Numbered from the stretch's first letter, positions 16,539 through 25,581 are shown. The stretch: 42,339 nucleotides of DNA from Actinomycetota bacterium (GCA_947499275.1 CANMNM010000001.1:1-42339); one strand, 5' to 3'. Notes: a model not told the origin generated them from the sequence alone. Made by a program: numbers and translations.

Positions 16539-17993
16539 TTATTGTTGGACGAGTTCTCGGGCGCGGATCAGCAGATCGGATTCTGCCGATTCAATATTGT
16601 GCTGCTCAGTGCCCAAGAGTGTGCGCAGATCAAGGGTCGCCGCCAGAAGACTTTCAGCCATGGCTGTGACGGTGTCTGGGGCTGCACCTCCGATCGACTT
16701 TCGCGATTGAATCAAAGTCATTGGATCAAAGATCTCGTCCAACTCACCGGTCTCGACTTGTTTCGGATCAAACCCACCGTCTTTGAGCGCCCATGTGATG
16801 TCCTCCGCGGAAATTCCTCGATCCCCCTCCGCGGCGTGCGTAAGCGCAGTGCGAACGACACGGTGAGAAGTGAGGTAGTCCAGTCCACACGAACGCATCA
16901 GGAGATGGGCGACATCAGCGGCCTCGGTATTCGCACCGTCGATTGCCGATTTCATGCGAGCTTCATGTACCACGAGGTCACGCACCACTGAGGTCAGCAA
17001 TCGTGTTACCTGACCAGCCAGGGCTAACGATCGAGGAAGTTCTCCGTAGGCATAAATGTATGTATCACTGCGAGCCGAGGGAGCCTTAGAAAGGGCAAGT
17101 TGTCCCGTCAGACGACCGATCAAAATCCCAGTTGAGCCCCTGATCACCGAAAGTGCATACGGATTACGTTTTTGGGGCATAAGCACACTGGGTCGCACCG
17201 ACGAGTCCCCCAATGACAAGAAGCCGAATTCCCTGCTGGCGAAGATTTCGAGGTCTTCTGCGAGCCGATCCTGACCCAGAGTCAAAGTGGTGGCGGAAAA
17301 AAGTACGTGCAAAAATGGATCCGTCTGCCACATGGCGTCGCGGACATGCTCGATCGGTTTATTGAATCCGAGGTTATGGGCCGCGCGCACGCGGTCTCGA
17401 ATAACTACCGACCCATTTGCACCACCGGATCCGGCCACGCTCGAGTTAACATGAACGTACTCAGCAAGTAATCGATTAGCGTCTCGAAGTATCGGGTCGG
17501 CAAACGACAATAAATAGTGACCGAATGTCGAGGCCTGCGCCGGTTGGAGATACGTATAGTCGGGCATTAGTGAGTGGGAGTGCTCAATACTCCGCGCGCA
17601 GATCGCCTCGATCAACCCACACGAGTCCTGTGTCAGTGCGAGCACCTGTTTGCGTACCACTAGTCGGTAGGCCGTGCGAACTGCCTCCCGTCGCGTTCGA
17701 CCAGCTCGTAGTGAACCAGCGACCGGTCCTATGAGCTCGACAAGAAACTGTTCTCGACACGTCACCATCTCACCGATTGACGGGTCATAATTAATTTCTG
17801 AGCTGGATAAGGATTCGAGGTGAAGGAGACCACCGAGCAGGGTCCGTGTCTCTTCGCGCGAGATCGCTCCTGCATCAAATAAATCCAATGCATGTGCAAT
17901 ATCTGCGAGATTAAGTGCATTGTGCAGAATGGGAGCATCGGCAATCTCCCACGCGTACCCGGATTCAGTGAGTTCCGGGGAGATATCAAACAT
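16539..17993 (-). CDS. argininosuccinate-lyase-like enzyme (fumarate lyase superfamily)
   Basis: The superfamily signature SVLMPQKRNPY is present, with an upstream VAGSGGANGS loop. The length is 484 aa. Confidence 0.75.
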   Translation of the reverse strand: MFDISPELTESGYAWEIADAPILHNALNLADIAHALDLFDAGAISREETRTLLGGLLHLESLSSSEINYDPSIGEMVTCREQFLVELIGPVAGSLRAGRTRREAVRTAYRLVVRKQVLALTQDSCGLIEAICARSIEHSHSLMPDYTYLQPAQASTFGHYLLSFADPILRDANRLLAEYVHVNSSVAGSGGANGSVVIRDRVRAAHNLGFNKPIEHVRDAMWQTDPFLHVLFSATTLTLGQDRLAEDLEIFASREFGFLSLGDSSVRPSVLMPQKRNPYALSVIRGSTGILIGRLTGQLALSKAPSARSDTYIYAYGELPRSLALAGQVTRLLTSVVRDLVVHEARMKSAIDGANTEAADVAHLLMRSCGLDYLTSHRVVRTALTHAAEGDRGISAEDITWALKDGGFDPKQVETGELDEIFDPMTLIQSRKSIGGAAPDTVTAMAESLLAATLDLRTLLGTEQHNIESAESDLLIRARELVQQ

Positions 17994-18993
17994 TTTTGGC
18001 TACCACGCTTTCACGGTTGCCCATCACGGTAAGTGATTCAATCGCCGCCGGCAATCCTCCCGTTAGCCACCACACAACAGTGTCATTGGAGGCACCGGTT
18101 ATGTGAGAAATTATCTCGTAAGCCGGGACACCGTATGTCGGGTCGAGAAGAACTCCAACGCGCCAGAATGCTTCATCTCGTGCAAACGCACCATTTTCAT
18201 CTAGCTCTTGATCATGGAATCCCACTGCGTCAATGATGGTGAAATTGGTCATCGATGGTGCCCCTCGTCCCAAAAGTTCTGAGGTTTGCGTTGACAAGTC
18301 AGTAATGACTCCACGCATCTCATCCACATTTCGGCTCACTGACACCCCAACAACTTTCCACATCGCTCCCAAGAAATCACTGCCCGCAAGGAACCCTGCA
18401 ATCGATGCACCAGACCCAACGGGAAGCACCACGGTTACTTGATTGGGATCCGTCCCCCTCACGTTGCATTGCTCATACAGTTCAATTGCAGCTCTGGCAA
18501 AGCCCAAGCCACCTACTGCAGTAGCACCACCGCGGGGAACGGGGTACGGCCTTCGGCCTTCGGCCGCCAACTCCGCTGCCCGACGTTCGACCTGTTCATT
18601 TATTAACGAGCGGTCTTGCCCGGTGAAGTGAATCACCGCGCCAGTTGCCTGCGCCATTAATAGGAGTACGGGCCAAGCCTCCATGGGATCTCCCGCCACC
18701 TCAATTTCACAATCAAGACCGACTGCCGCTGCCGCATGTGCACAGGCTCCAATAAAATTAGACCCTGCCGCTCCACCGGTAACGACAACATTGGAGTCGC
18801 ATTTGAGCGCGTCCGCCATGAGATATTCCAATGGCCTTACTTTGTTGCCGGCTAGCCCGAAACCCGTGAGATCGTCACGCTTGAGGAGAACGGGGGCAGC
18901 CGCGTCGATCTGCCACGGAGCGGCGAGGTGCAGGGGTGTCGGAAATTGACCCAGGTGAGTTCGAGGAAATCGATCAGTCGGATTCACTGGCAC
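17986..18993 (-). CDS. PLP-dependent enzyme, ACC deaminase/D-cysteine desulfhydrase family
   Basis: The motifs FPTPL, KRDDLTGFGLAGNKVRPLEYL (PLP lysine) and VTGGAAGSN are present. Confidence 0.75.
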   Translation of the reverse strand: MPVNPTDRFPRTHLGQFPTPLHLAAPWQIDAAAPVLLKRDDLTGFGLAGNKVRPLEYLMADALKCDSNVVVTGGAAGSNFIGACAHAAAAVGLDCEIEVAGDPMEAWPVLLLMAQATGAVIHFTGQDRSLINEQVERRAAELAAEGRRPYPVPRGGATAVGGLGFARAAIELYEQCNVRGTDPNQVTVVLPVGSGASIAGFLAGSDFLGAMWKVVGVSVSRNVDEMRGVITDLSTQTSELLGRGAPSMTNFTIIDAVGFHDQELDENGAFARDEAFWRVGVLLDPTYGVPAYEIISHITGASNDTVVWWLTGGLPAAIESLTVMGNRESVVAKNV

Positions 18994-20357
18994 CCATTTC
19001 GATCAGTGACAGGCTGTGTTTCAATCAGTGACAGACAGTGGTCGATAAGGGGCCCGGTGGTGGGCTCGGTATTCATCCACTCGAGCACGATTTCCTGTGA
19101 CACGTTGGCTGCTGCGGCAATCAATGCTGCAATCGATTGAATATCTTCGGTCCCATCTCTTTCAGAGAGAGCCACCTGCATCAATTCCTGCGCCTGATGT
19201 TTTCCCATCTGTGCAGACAGAGCTCGCAGAACCGACTCTGTGTTTCCCGTGCCTGAGGATTCGAGATTGCGCAGCATCTTCTCTGGATGAACGCGCAGCC
19301 CAGCAGCAAGTTCTGCCGCCACGCTAGCTGCCTTGCCTGTGCACATAGCGACCTCGGGCAACATGGCCCACTCGGCCTTCCAACTTCGGCCATCTCGTTC
19401 ATGACTGGACACGACACCCTCAACGAGAACTCCAGCCGCGGCACGCGCAATCCGCGACAAGGTGTCCAGGTGCTCACTCAATTCCGGGTTTTGCTTGTGC
19501 GGCATGGTGATGCTGCCGACTGCGTGGACATCTCTTGGTTCGCTGAGCTCCCCAATTTCTGGTCGAGCCAACTCGTAGATTTCGTTGCCGATCCGAGCAA
19601 GTGATGATGCCACCGTCGCCATGGTTGTCCCGAATTCTGCGATCCTGTCTCGGGTGGCCGTCCACGACATACCGGGGTCACCCAGTCCGAGAAGTTCGCA
19701 AAATCTGCTCCGTAGTTCCAAGCCCTGATCGGGGAAAAAAGCGAGTCCGCCGGTCGACCCGGCGAGCTGCCCCACGCTCCACCGCGTCCGCGCCCCGTCG
19801 ATCCGTTCAATGTGACGATTAATCTCGTCCGCCCACGTTGATACTTTGAATCCGAATGTCACCGGTGTACCCGGTTGGCCGTGGGTGCGACCAGCAATTG
19901 GAGTATCGCGGTGTTTCTTTGCCAATTCCACACACGAATCGCGTAGCTTTACAAGGTCCGCACGGATTAAGTCACCGCTATCGCGCATGATCATGCCAAA
20001 CCAGGTATCTGTCAGGTCTTGAACCGTAATTCCAAAGTACACGTACTCTCTGGACGAACTATTAAGAATCTGCTGTAGTCCACGGATGAGTCCCAGGGTC
20101 GAGTGTGATGTTCGCCGGGTTTCCGAACTGATGAAATCTTCATCTAGTAATTCCACCCGTGCTTTGCTCGCGATACCCTCGAATGCGGCGTCGGGGATAA
20201 TTCCTAGTTCGGCTTGGGCTTGTGCCAACGCCACGAGAATATTGAGCCAAGCCTGCAGTCGATGCTTCTGCTCAAAAATACGATCGAATTCAGGTGTACT
20301 CCATCCATGGGCATACATGGATGAAGTGGTCAAACGGTTGTCCACGCCGGGTCCCAT
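18984..20357 (-). CDS. adenylosuccinate lyase / 3-carboxymuconate cycloisomerase-like enzyme (fumarate lyase superfamily)
   Basis: The motifs GSITMPHKQNPELSE, TVQDLTDT and GRTHGQPGTPVTFG are present. An alternative start at 20318 would remove the 28-nt overlap with the upstream gene. Confidence 0.75.
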   Translation of the reverse strand: MGPGVDNRLTTSSMYAHGWSTPEFDRIFEQKHRLQAWLNILVALAQAQAELGIIPDAAFEGIASKARVELLDEDFISSETRRTSHSTLGLIRGLQQILNSSSREYVYFGITVQDLTDTWFGMIMRDSGDLIRADLVKLRDSCVELAKKHRDTPIAGRTHGQPGTPVTFGFKVSTWADEINRHIERIDGARTRWSVGQLAGSTGGLAFFPDQGLELRSRFCELLGLGDPGMSWTATRDRIAEFGTTMATVASSLARIGNEIYELARPEIGELSEPRDVHAVGSITMPHKQNPELSEHLDTLSRIARAAAGVLVEGVVSSHERDGRSWKAEWAMLPEVAMCTGKAASVAAELAAGLRVHPEKMLRNLESSGTGNTESVLRALSAQMGKHQAQELMQVALSERDGTEDIQSIAALIAAAANVSQEIVLEWMNTEPTTGPLIDHCLSLIETQPVTDRNGCQ

Positions 20358-21256
20358 GCACGTGCCAATTCATTGATCGCTTCACGGATGTCAGCCAAAG
20401 ATGCACCCCATGGCACGATCACCCGGCCATTCTCAATTTCTATTGACTCCTCGAGGAGGCAGCACTTTGTTATTGTTGCCATTCCCGAGGATTCTTCGCG
20501 TTCCCTTGGGCAGAAGGACACCATCGGCGGGCGGTCGCCATAGAACCACTCATGTATTTGTGCGGATCGTTCACATCCGACCAAGGTCCAATCTTCGCGA
20601 TCGGGACGTTGGTCTAGGTAGGAAGTGCGGGCACCAACAATTTCCGTGTCAGCGCCCCGGCAGGGAAGAAGGTAGTGCCCACTCGGAATTTTCGATCCAA
20701 ACGAATCCAACGTCAATGCATCGAGGTGCGCGATTATCGGGGGTAAGTCTTCGGCCACCTCGAGGAGCCGGCACACCTGATCAAACAGTTTCGCAGGAGT
20801 CGGGGGGACTACTTCAGTGACGTTGATGTTCAGTGGTTGTGGATTGAGAATAAAACTGACGTGGGAGTACAGGCCTTCAACAACGACGGCCTTCGCTTGA
20901 GGGGCGTGATTCGCTGCGGCGCGCGCTAGATTGGACGGAACTGCCGTGTCAATGCTTGCATCGACGACGAAGGAACACTCAGTCGGATCCGCCAGGATCT
21001 CGACACTCGTCACGGGCGAAAAGAGGGGAACGGGGTCCGCTCTCTGGACCGCTGCCAGCCAGACCCCATTCGGCTCATGGACCACGATGAAGCGAGTTCG
21101 TCGGTACACCTCTCTACCGGTGAAGTATTCAATGAGGGACTCCCCGGTGAAGGAGTCTGTCGAGTGGGTCACGGAGACACCTCGGTAGGCACTGGGAACC
21201 ACATTGAGCCGAGATCGAAGAAGGACTTGACCGGGGTCTGTCCTGGTTCCGCTCAC
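20330..21256 (-). CDS. hypothetical protein, Cys-rich C-terminal part, no recognisable family
   Basis: This 308-aa ORF is translationally coupled on the upstream side (ATGA-type overlap with the ComA-like gene). Its C-terminal Cys pattern is PCRG...GCERS...FCPRE...KCCLLE. Confidence 0.55.
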   Translation of the reverse strand: MSGTRTDPGQVLLRSRLNVVPSAYRGVSVTHSTDSFTGESLIEYFTGREVYRRTRFIVVHEPNGVWLAAVQRADPVPLFSPVTSVEILADPTECSFVVDASIDTAVPSNLARAAANHAPQAKAVVVEGLYSHVSFILNPQPLNINVTEVVPPTPAKLFDQVCRLLEVAEDLPPIIAHLDALTLDSFGSKIPSGHYLLPCRGADTEIVGARTSYLDQRPDREDWTLVGCERSAQIHEWFYGDRPPMVSFCPREREESSGMATITKCCLLEESIEIENGRVIVPWGASLADIREAINELARAWDPAWTTV

Positions 21257-22038
21257 CTATGCACTCCCGAGGACTGGGAAATGCCAACGGCAACCAACGC
21301 GGTATCAGCACGCAGTCCTAGACGAAGAGTTTGTAAGGGAAGTAGATCCTCAGGCGCGACGTTGCCCACATTCACTTCTGGTCCATGTGTATTGATGAAC
21401 CAGGCTTGCTGATCTTTTCGAGGCGCCTCAAAAAGCACACGATCGAGCCCTGCCGCCAGCAATGCCGCGTCGATGACTTCAGTTTGTGGAGTCCCGTGGG
21501 AGTCATAAACACCAACGGTGCCACTCTCTCGTCCTTCAGCCACAATGTATTCGGCCCCAGCAACCAAGTCACCCGTGATTTCCGAATGCCATTGAGCTGG
21601 AGTGAGAAGTCGTTCGGCACTCTTGTACCCGGTTTCGGCAAATACCCGAAATGACTGCGCCGATGTGCGAATGAGTTCCCACTTTTCTTCCATGCCCATA
21701 TCTGCTGCACCTCGAGAAACCTCAACCGCTGTAAATCCGGCCTGTTCCGCCCAATTGAGGCATTCACTTACACGTCCCTGCGACCAAGCGATCTCCAACA
21801 ATGTGCCTCCGAGGCAGGCTGTGATCCCGTGTTCGCGCAGGAGTCCAATTTTTGACGCCAAATGCTTTTCTACATAAGCAGTTCCCCAACCGAACTTCCA
21901 CACATCGGCAAACTCCGCGTACGAAGACAGGTGGCTTTCCATCGATCCGAGTGAAATTCCCTTATCCAGCACGTGTGTCAGCCCGATGGAGCGTGGCTTC
22001 TCAGGCAGAACCGGAAGGCTCAGGAAATTGTTCGACAT
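21253..22038 (-). CDS. phosphosulfolactate synthase (ComA) family protein
   Basis: The motifs LPEKPRSIGLTHVLDKG, DVWKFGWGTAYV and EVSRG fit the ComA TIM-barrel family. It is the first gene of the 7-gene minus-strand operon. Confidence 0.7.
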   Translation of the reverse strand: MSNNFLSLPVLPEKPRSIGLTHVLDKGISLGSMESHLSSYAEFADVWKFGWGTAYVEKHLASKIGLLREHGITACLGGTLLEIAWSQGRVSECLNWAEQAGFTAVEVSRGAADMGMEEKWELIRTSAQSFRVFAETGYKSAERLLTPAQWHSEITGDLVAGAEYIVAEGRESGTVGVYDSHGTPQTEVIDAALLAAGLDRVLFEAPRKDQQAWFINTHGPEVNVGNVAPEDLLPLQTLRLGLRADTALVAVGISQSSGVHR

Positions 22039-22121
22039 GTGTCCTATACTACGCGTACTTTCACTTTACGACATATCTACCCGTGAATATTCTGCGCATT
22101 GTTACTACATTGGAGGACTCC

Positions 22122-23129
22122 ATGGGCCCAAAGGACACTGCCCGAGCACAACTTGATGACGTTGCAGCAGCTGTGGCAGGTAATAGCGCCATTGCGGCCA
22201 AGCGCGAAATAGGTCTCGTCAGCGAGGCCTTAGGGTCGTCGGGTTTCGTCGAGGGTCCCGGGGATGACGGCGCGGCCATTGCGATTGGTCACACACTAGG
22301 AATCGTATGCGGAGAAGCAATGTGGCCACCATTTGTCGCGGCAGACCCTCGCGGGGCTGGAATAGCCGCAATTCTTGCCAACGTAAACGACGTTGCTGCG
22401 ATGGGTGGCCTGCCCTTGGCAATTGTTGACACCATAGCTGCGGATGAAGCCACAGCGCGTGAAATTCTCAGTGGTCTCGCCTATGCCTCATCCTTGTACC
22501 GAGTCCCCATTGTTGGCGGACACCTCACGCTCACAGATGGGCCGCCCAGCTTGTCTGCATTTGCGCTCGGCCACACTGACAATCTTTTATCGACCACGAA
22601 TGTTATGGCAGGTCAAGATCTTGTCGTGGCCGCGTGCATTGAAGGATCAATGCATCCAAAATTCCCGTTCTTTGCTTCTTTTACTGAACGAGGCGACAGT
22701 CTCGGTGATGACGTGCGTCTTCTGGCACAAATTGCCAAAGACGGCATTGCTGTCGCCGCCAAGGACATCAGCATGGCCGGACTTATCGGCTCACTGGCCA
22801 TGCTCTTGGAGTGGGGGTCTTTCGGTGCAGAGCTCAACCTCGACGTGCTCCCAAGGCCTGAAGGCGTCTCGCTGGCTGACTGGTGCAACTGTTTCCCATG
22901 CTTTGGGTTCATCATGTGCTGTGAACCATCCAGAACTAATGAATGCGTCGAAGTTTTCACTCGCACCGGTCTCGCAGCTGCCAAAGTTGGGTCCATAAAT
23001 GGCTCAGGCAGCATCGAGATCCTCGCTGGCGGAGAACGCCGAGAGGTAATGAATTTGCTTGAAGAGACGGTTACCGGCCTAGTTCGATCACCGAGTAACA
23101 GCTCAGCAGTTCCCGTGAAAAACACCTAG
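22122..23129 (+). CDS. AIR-synthase-related (PurM superfamily) protein, Sll0787/MSMEG_0566-like
   Basis: The motifs GPGDDGAAI, ANVNDVAAMGG and PIVGGH are present. The ATG at 22122 is preceded by GGAGGA; the tracked ORF start at 21852 would overlap the divergent ComA-like gene. Confidence 0.75.
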   Translation: MGPKDTARAQLDDVAAAVAGNSAIAAKREIGLVSEALGSSGFVEGPGDDGAAIAIGHTLGIVCGEAMWPPFVAADPRGAGIAAILANVNDVAAMGGLPLAIVDTIAADEATAREILSGLAYASSLYRVPIVGGHLTLTDGPPSLSAFALGHTDNLLSTTNVMAGQDLVVAACIEGSMHPKFPFFASFTERGDSLGDDVRLLAQIAKDGIAVAAKDISMAGLIGSLAMLLEWGSFGAELNLDVLPRPEGVSLADWCNCFPCFGFIMCCEPSRTNECVEVFTRTGLAAAKVGSINGSGSIEILAGGERREVMNLLEETVTGLVRSPSNSSAVPVKNT

Positions 23130-23249
23130 TTTTTTTATTTCTTGGCGCAAATATAACGAACTGGCTGACTTCGGGGTCCGAAATGTGTACTTTTGTGTAT
23201 ACACCAAGTCGTATAATGAATGTGCGGCTTACAATCATTGGAGATGAGA

Positions 23250-23780
23250 ATGCCCCCTATTACGATGGTATTCATACTTACAGGACTTGCAGTCTTCACG
23301 CAAGCGATGTTCTTTCTTGGCATAGGAGCAAGCGCTGAGGAAGGTAAAAAGAGCCCGATTATCCCAGTTGGATACATTTCTGTACTAGCAGGAATTGTCA
23401 ACCTGGTCGTCGGTGTTTACATTACCGTGGTCAGGCCGATAGAAGATGATCCTTCACTACTGCTCGCTGGCCTTATCGGATTCTACGGTTTGTTCTTCAT
23501 TGCCTTAGGTCTCGCGGAAATTCTGGGCCTTGACCTTCGGGTTATTGGCAACCTAGCTATTCCAACCGCGATCCTTCCGCTGTTTTGGATTAACTTCTTC
23601 TCAGGAAGCACAACCTTTACGTTGATCCTTATCTGGTGGACCATCGCGTTCCTCTCCATTACATTGACCACGTACGGGAAGCTGCAAGCACGGGCCTTGG
23701 GAGTCATCTTGATGCTCACCGCGGTCTTCACCTTCTTCCTCGTTCCAGTGTTCTTCGTCATGGGTTGGAACCTGCCTTAA
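23250..23780 (+). CDS. AmiS/UreI-like small polytopic membrane protein (putative amide/urea channel)
   Basis: The protein is about 176 aa with 6 predicted TM segments. The segment GFYGLFFIALGLAEILGLDLR resembles the AmiS FGLDWR region. GGAG lies 6 nt before the ATG at 23250, and a TATAAT box lies at about 23206. Confidence 0.45.
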   Translation: MPPITMVFILTGLAVFTQAMFFLGIGASAEEGKKSPIIPVGYISVLAGIVNLVVGVYITVVRPIEDDPSLLLAGLIGFYGLFFIALGLAEILGLDLRVIGNLAIPTAILPLFWINFFSGSTTFTLILIWWTIAFLSITLTTYGKLQARALGVILMLTAVFTFFLVPVFFVMGWNLP

Positions 23781-23782
23781 TC

Positions 23783-23858
23783 GCTGACGCCTCCGACTGT
23801 TCGCTCTCTTATTTGATGGCACAGTCTTATCTGATAGCACAGTCGGAGGCGCTTCAGC
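23783..23858 (+). other. long stem-loop just after the membrane-protein stop codon
   Basis: A 13-bp perfect stem pairs cgcctccgactgt (23788-23800) with acagtcggaggcg (23839-23851). The 38-nt loop contains the direct repeat gatggcacagtc / gatagcacagtc. No clear U-tract follows. Confidence 0.4.
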
Positions 23859-23954
23859 TCATTGTTTCGCTGTAGCTTGGATCAATTACCCGTAATTTGT
23901 TAGGGTGATGGAAACGAGGATGCGGCTCACCCCGAAACATTGATCCAGATAAAT

Positions 23955-23994
23955 GAAACCCGGTTACCTCAGTGAAGAGGTAACCGGGTTTCGG
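23955..23994. terminator. bidirectional intrinsic terminator, copy 2 (identical to 901-940)
   Basis: The same 40-mer, gaaacccggttacctcagtgaagaggtaaccgggtttcgg, lies downstream of fasciclin paralog B. Confidence 0.8.
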
Positions 23995-24037
23995 TACAAA
24001 TCAGTTAACTATAAGAACCGAACTTAAATGACCGAAC

Positions 24038-24634
24038 TTACGGCATTGTCAGCGCAGCAACATCGACATCTGCTGGGACGAGCACAGCGTCGATTACGTG
24101 GATAACACCGTTACTTGCAAGAACATCGGCGGTAACAACGTTGGCTCCGTTAACAGTGACACCGTTTGCTGTCGAGAGAGTTACGTTCTGTCCTTCAACG
24201 GTTGCGACGTCACCGTCTGCAATGTCAGCAGCCAGAACCGTGCCTGGAACAACGTGGTAGGTCAGAATCTTGACGAGAGCATCTTTGTTCTCTGGGAGCA
24301 ACAGTGCGTCAAGAACGCCTGCTGGGAGCGCTGCGAAAGCCGCATTTGTTGGTGCGAACACGGTGAAGGGACCTTCGCCACTAAGTGTTTCGACTAGACC
24401 AGCCGCACTGACTGCAGCTACCAAAGTGCTGAAATCTGGGTTTGATGAAGCAACGTCAACAATTGTCCCGACGCTGGCCTCTCCGACCATTTCATCAGCC
24501 TCTTCGATAGCAGACTCTTCAACCGCAGCGCTTGACTCAGTTGTTGCTTCCTCTGATGAACTGCTGCATGCTGACAAAGTCAGTGCTGCTGCAACGGCTA
24601 CTACCGCAATTGCGGTGCGACGCATAACTCGCAT
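24038..24634 (-). CDS. fasciclin (FAS1) domain lipoprotein, paralog B
   Basis: The N-terminus [23 protein letters not shown] has a lipobox. The motifs [15 protein letters not shown] and [13 protein letters not shown] are present. Confidence 0.88.
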   Translation of the reverse strand: MRVMRRTAIAVVAVAAALTLSACSSSSEEATTESSAAVEESAIEEADEMVGEASVGTIVDVASSNPDFSTLVAAVSAAGLVETLSGEGPFTVFAPTNAAFAALPAGVLDALLLPENKDALVKILTYHVVPGTVLAADIADGDVATVEGQNVTLSTANGVTVNGANVVTADVLASNGVIHVIDAVLVPADVDVAALTMP

Positions 24635-24828
24635 TTATTTCTCCTTGATATTTGGGATTTTTCTGAATTTTCATGGTAAGTAACAAATGCAATTACGGCA
24701 AACGCAAACATCGCCAAACACCAAAAGTTAACCAAAATGCCATGATTTGGGCCCTTTTCGCGGGTGTTTTCGAGGAAAAACGTGACATAAAATACAAGGT
24801 GCCGATCGGCCTATTTCCTCCAACGTAC

Positions 24829-25398
24829 CTAGGAAGTAACGCCCGTATAAATGAGCACTGAACCAAAGATGAAGAACAGGACTGCTGCGCCGATCTTGAT
24901 GACCTTTTCCGGCAATGCCTTTCCCAGCAGTACGCCAACGCCAATTGCAAGGACATCAGCGGCGACCATCCCTAAAGTTGAACCAACCCAGGTACCGAAC
25001 CAACCTTCAGTGGTGGCAAGGGTGACAGTTGCGAGCATCGTCTTGTCACCAAGTTCAGCTAGGAAGAAGGCGATCGCGACAGCAAAGAATGCGGGTCGGT
25101 TTGAGCGGGACGCTTTTGATTCCTCGTCTTCGCTGAGCTTGTCACCGCGCAAGGTCCATAGGCCAAAGAAAACAAAAGCTAATCCAGCTGCGATGTTGAT
25201 TGGACCTACCGGCAGGGCAAGCCCAATGACGTTACCCACAGCAACGGAGAACAAATGAACAACGGCTGTCGCCACAGTTATCGCAGCGACCACGGTCCAA
25301 AACTTGTAGCGGGTTGCAAAGGTCATCGCCATGAGTTGTGACTTATCACCCAGTTCGGCGACGAAAATAACGGCGAAACTAAGTAGGAAAGCGTCCAT
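24829..25398 (-). CDS. UPF0016 (GDT1/TMEM165) family cation (Mn2+/Ca2+) transporter
   Basis: Two copies of the E-x-G-D-K-(S/T) motif (ELGDKSQL and ELGDKTML) lie in a 6-TM, 189-aa protein. Confidence 0.85.
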   Translation of the reverse strand: MDAFLLSFAVIFVAELGDKSQLMAMTFATRYKFWTVVAAITVATAVVHLFSVAVGNVIGLALPVGPINIAAGLAFVFFGLWTLRGDKLSEDEESKASRSNRPAFFAVAIAFFLAELGDKTMLATVTLATTEGWFGTWVGSTLGMVAADVLAIGVGVLLGKALPEKVIKIGAAVLFFIFGSVLIYTGVTS

Positions 25399-25581
25399 CT
25401 ATTTACGACCCTTCCCTTAGCCACGAATTAGCTGAAGTCGACTGTACAGAGCCCACAGTCGGACATTAGTAAGGTGCCTGCGATCGCCTTGCTTCCCATC
25501 TTTGGTTATTCCCTGACCGAAATACCCCACTGATGAGACGCCCAGTAATGTTGGACTCGTTCTCGAGCTCGCTCAGAACGA

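Noticed and set aside
21852-22121. A 90-aa N-terminal extension of the AIR-synthase-related ORF.
   Set aside because: It would overlap the divergent ComA-like gene by about 190 nt. The ATG at 22122 has a GGAGGA site and begins the conserved region.
1905-23780. Classical mobile-element or prophage origin of the island (integrase, transposase, IS ends, conjugation genes).
   Set aside because: No ORF in the six-frame track resembles a recombinase, a transposase or phage structural proteins. The only repeat structure is the fasciclin-module duplication.
23838-23848. A shared 10-mer, cacagtcgga, at about 23838 and about 25454, as a possible dispersed repeat.
   Set aside because: A single 10-nt coincidence in 42 kb searched on both strands is not far from chance expectation, and there is no extended similarity around it.
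25399-25581. A possible yybP-ykoY (manganese) riboswitch in the 180-nt leader of the UPF0016 transporter gene.
   Set aside because: I read the minus-strand leader and did not find the conserved GGGGAGUAG / UUGACAUA core elements. Only a short hairpin (cgactgt...acagtcg) is present. A covariance-model scan would be needed to settle this.
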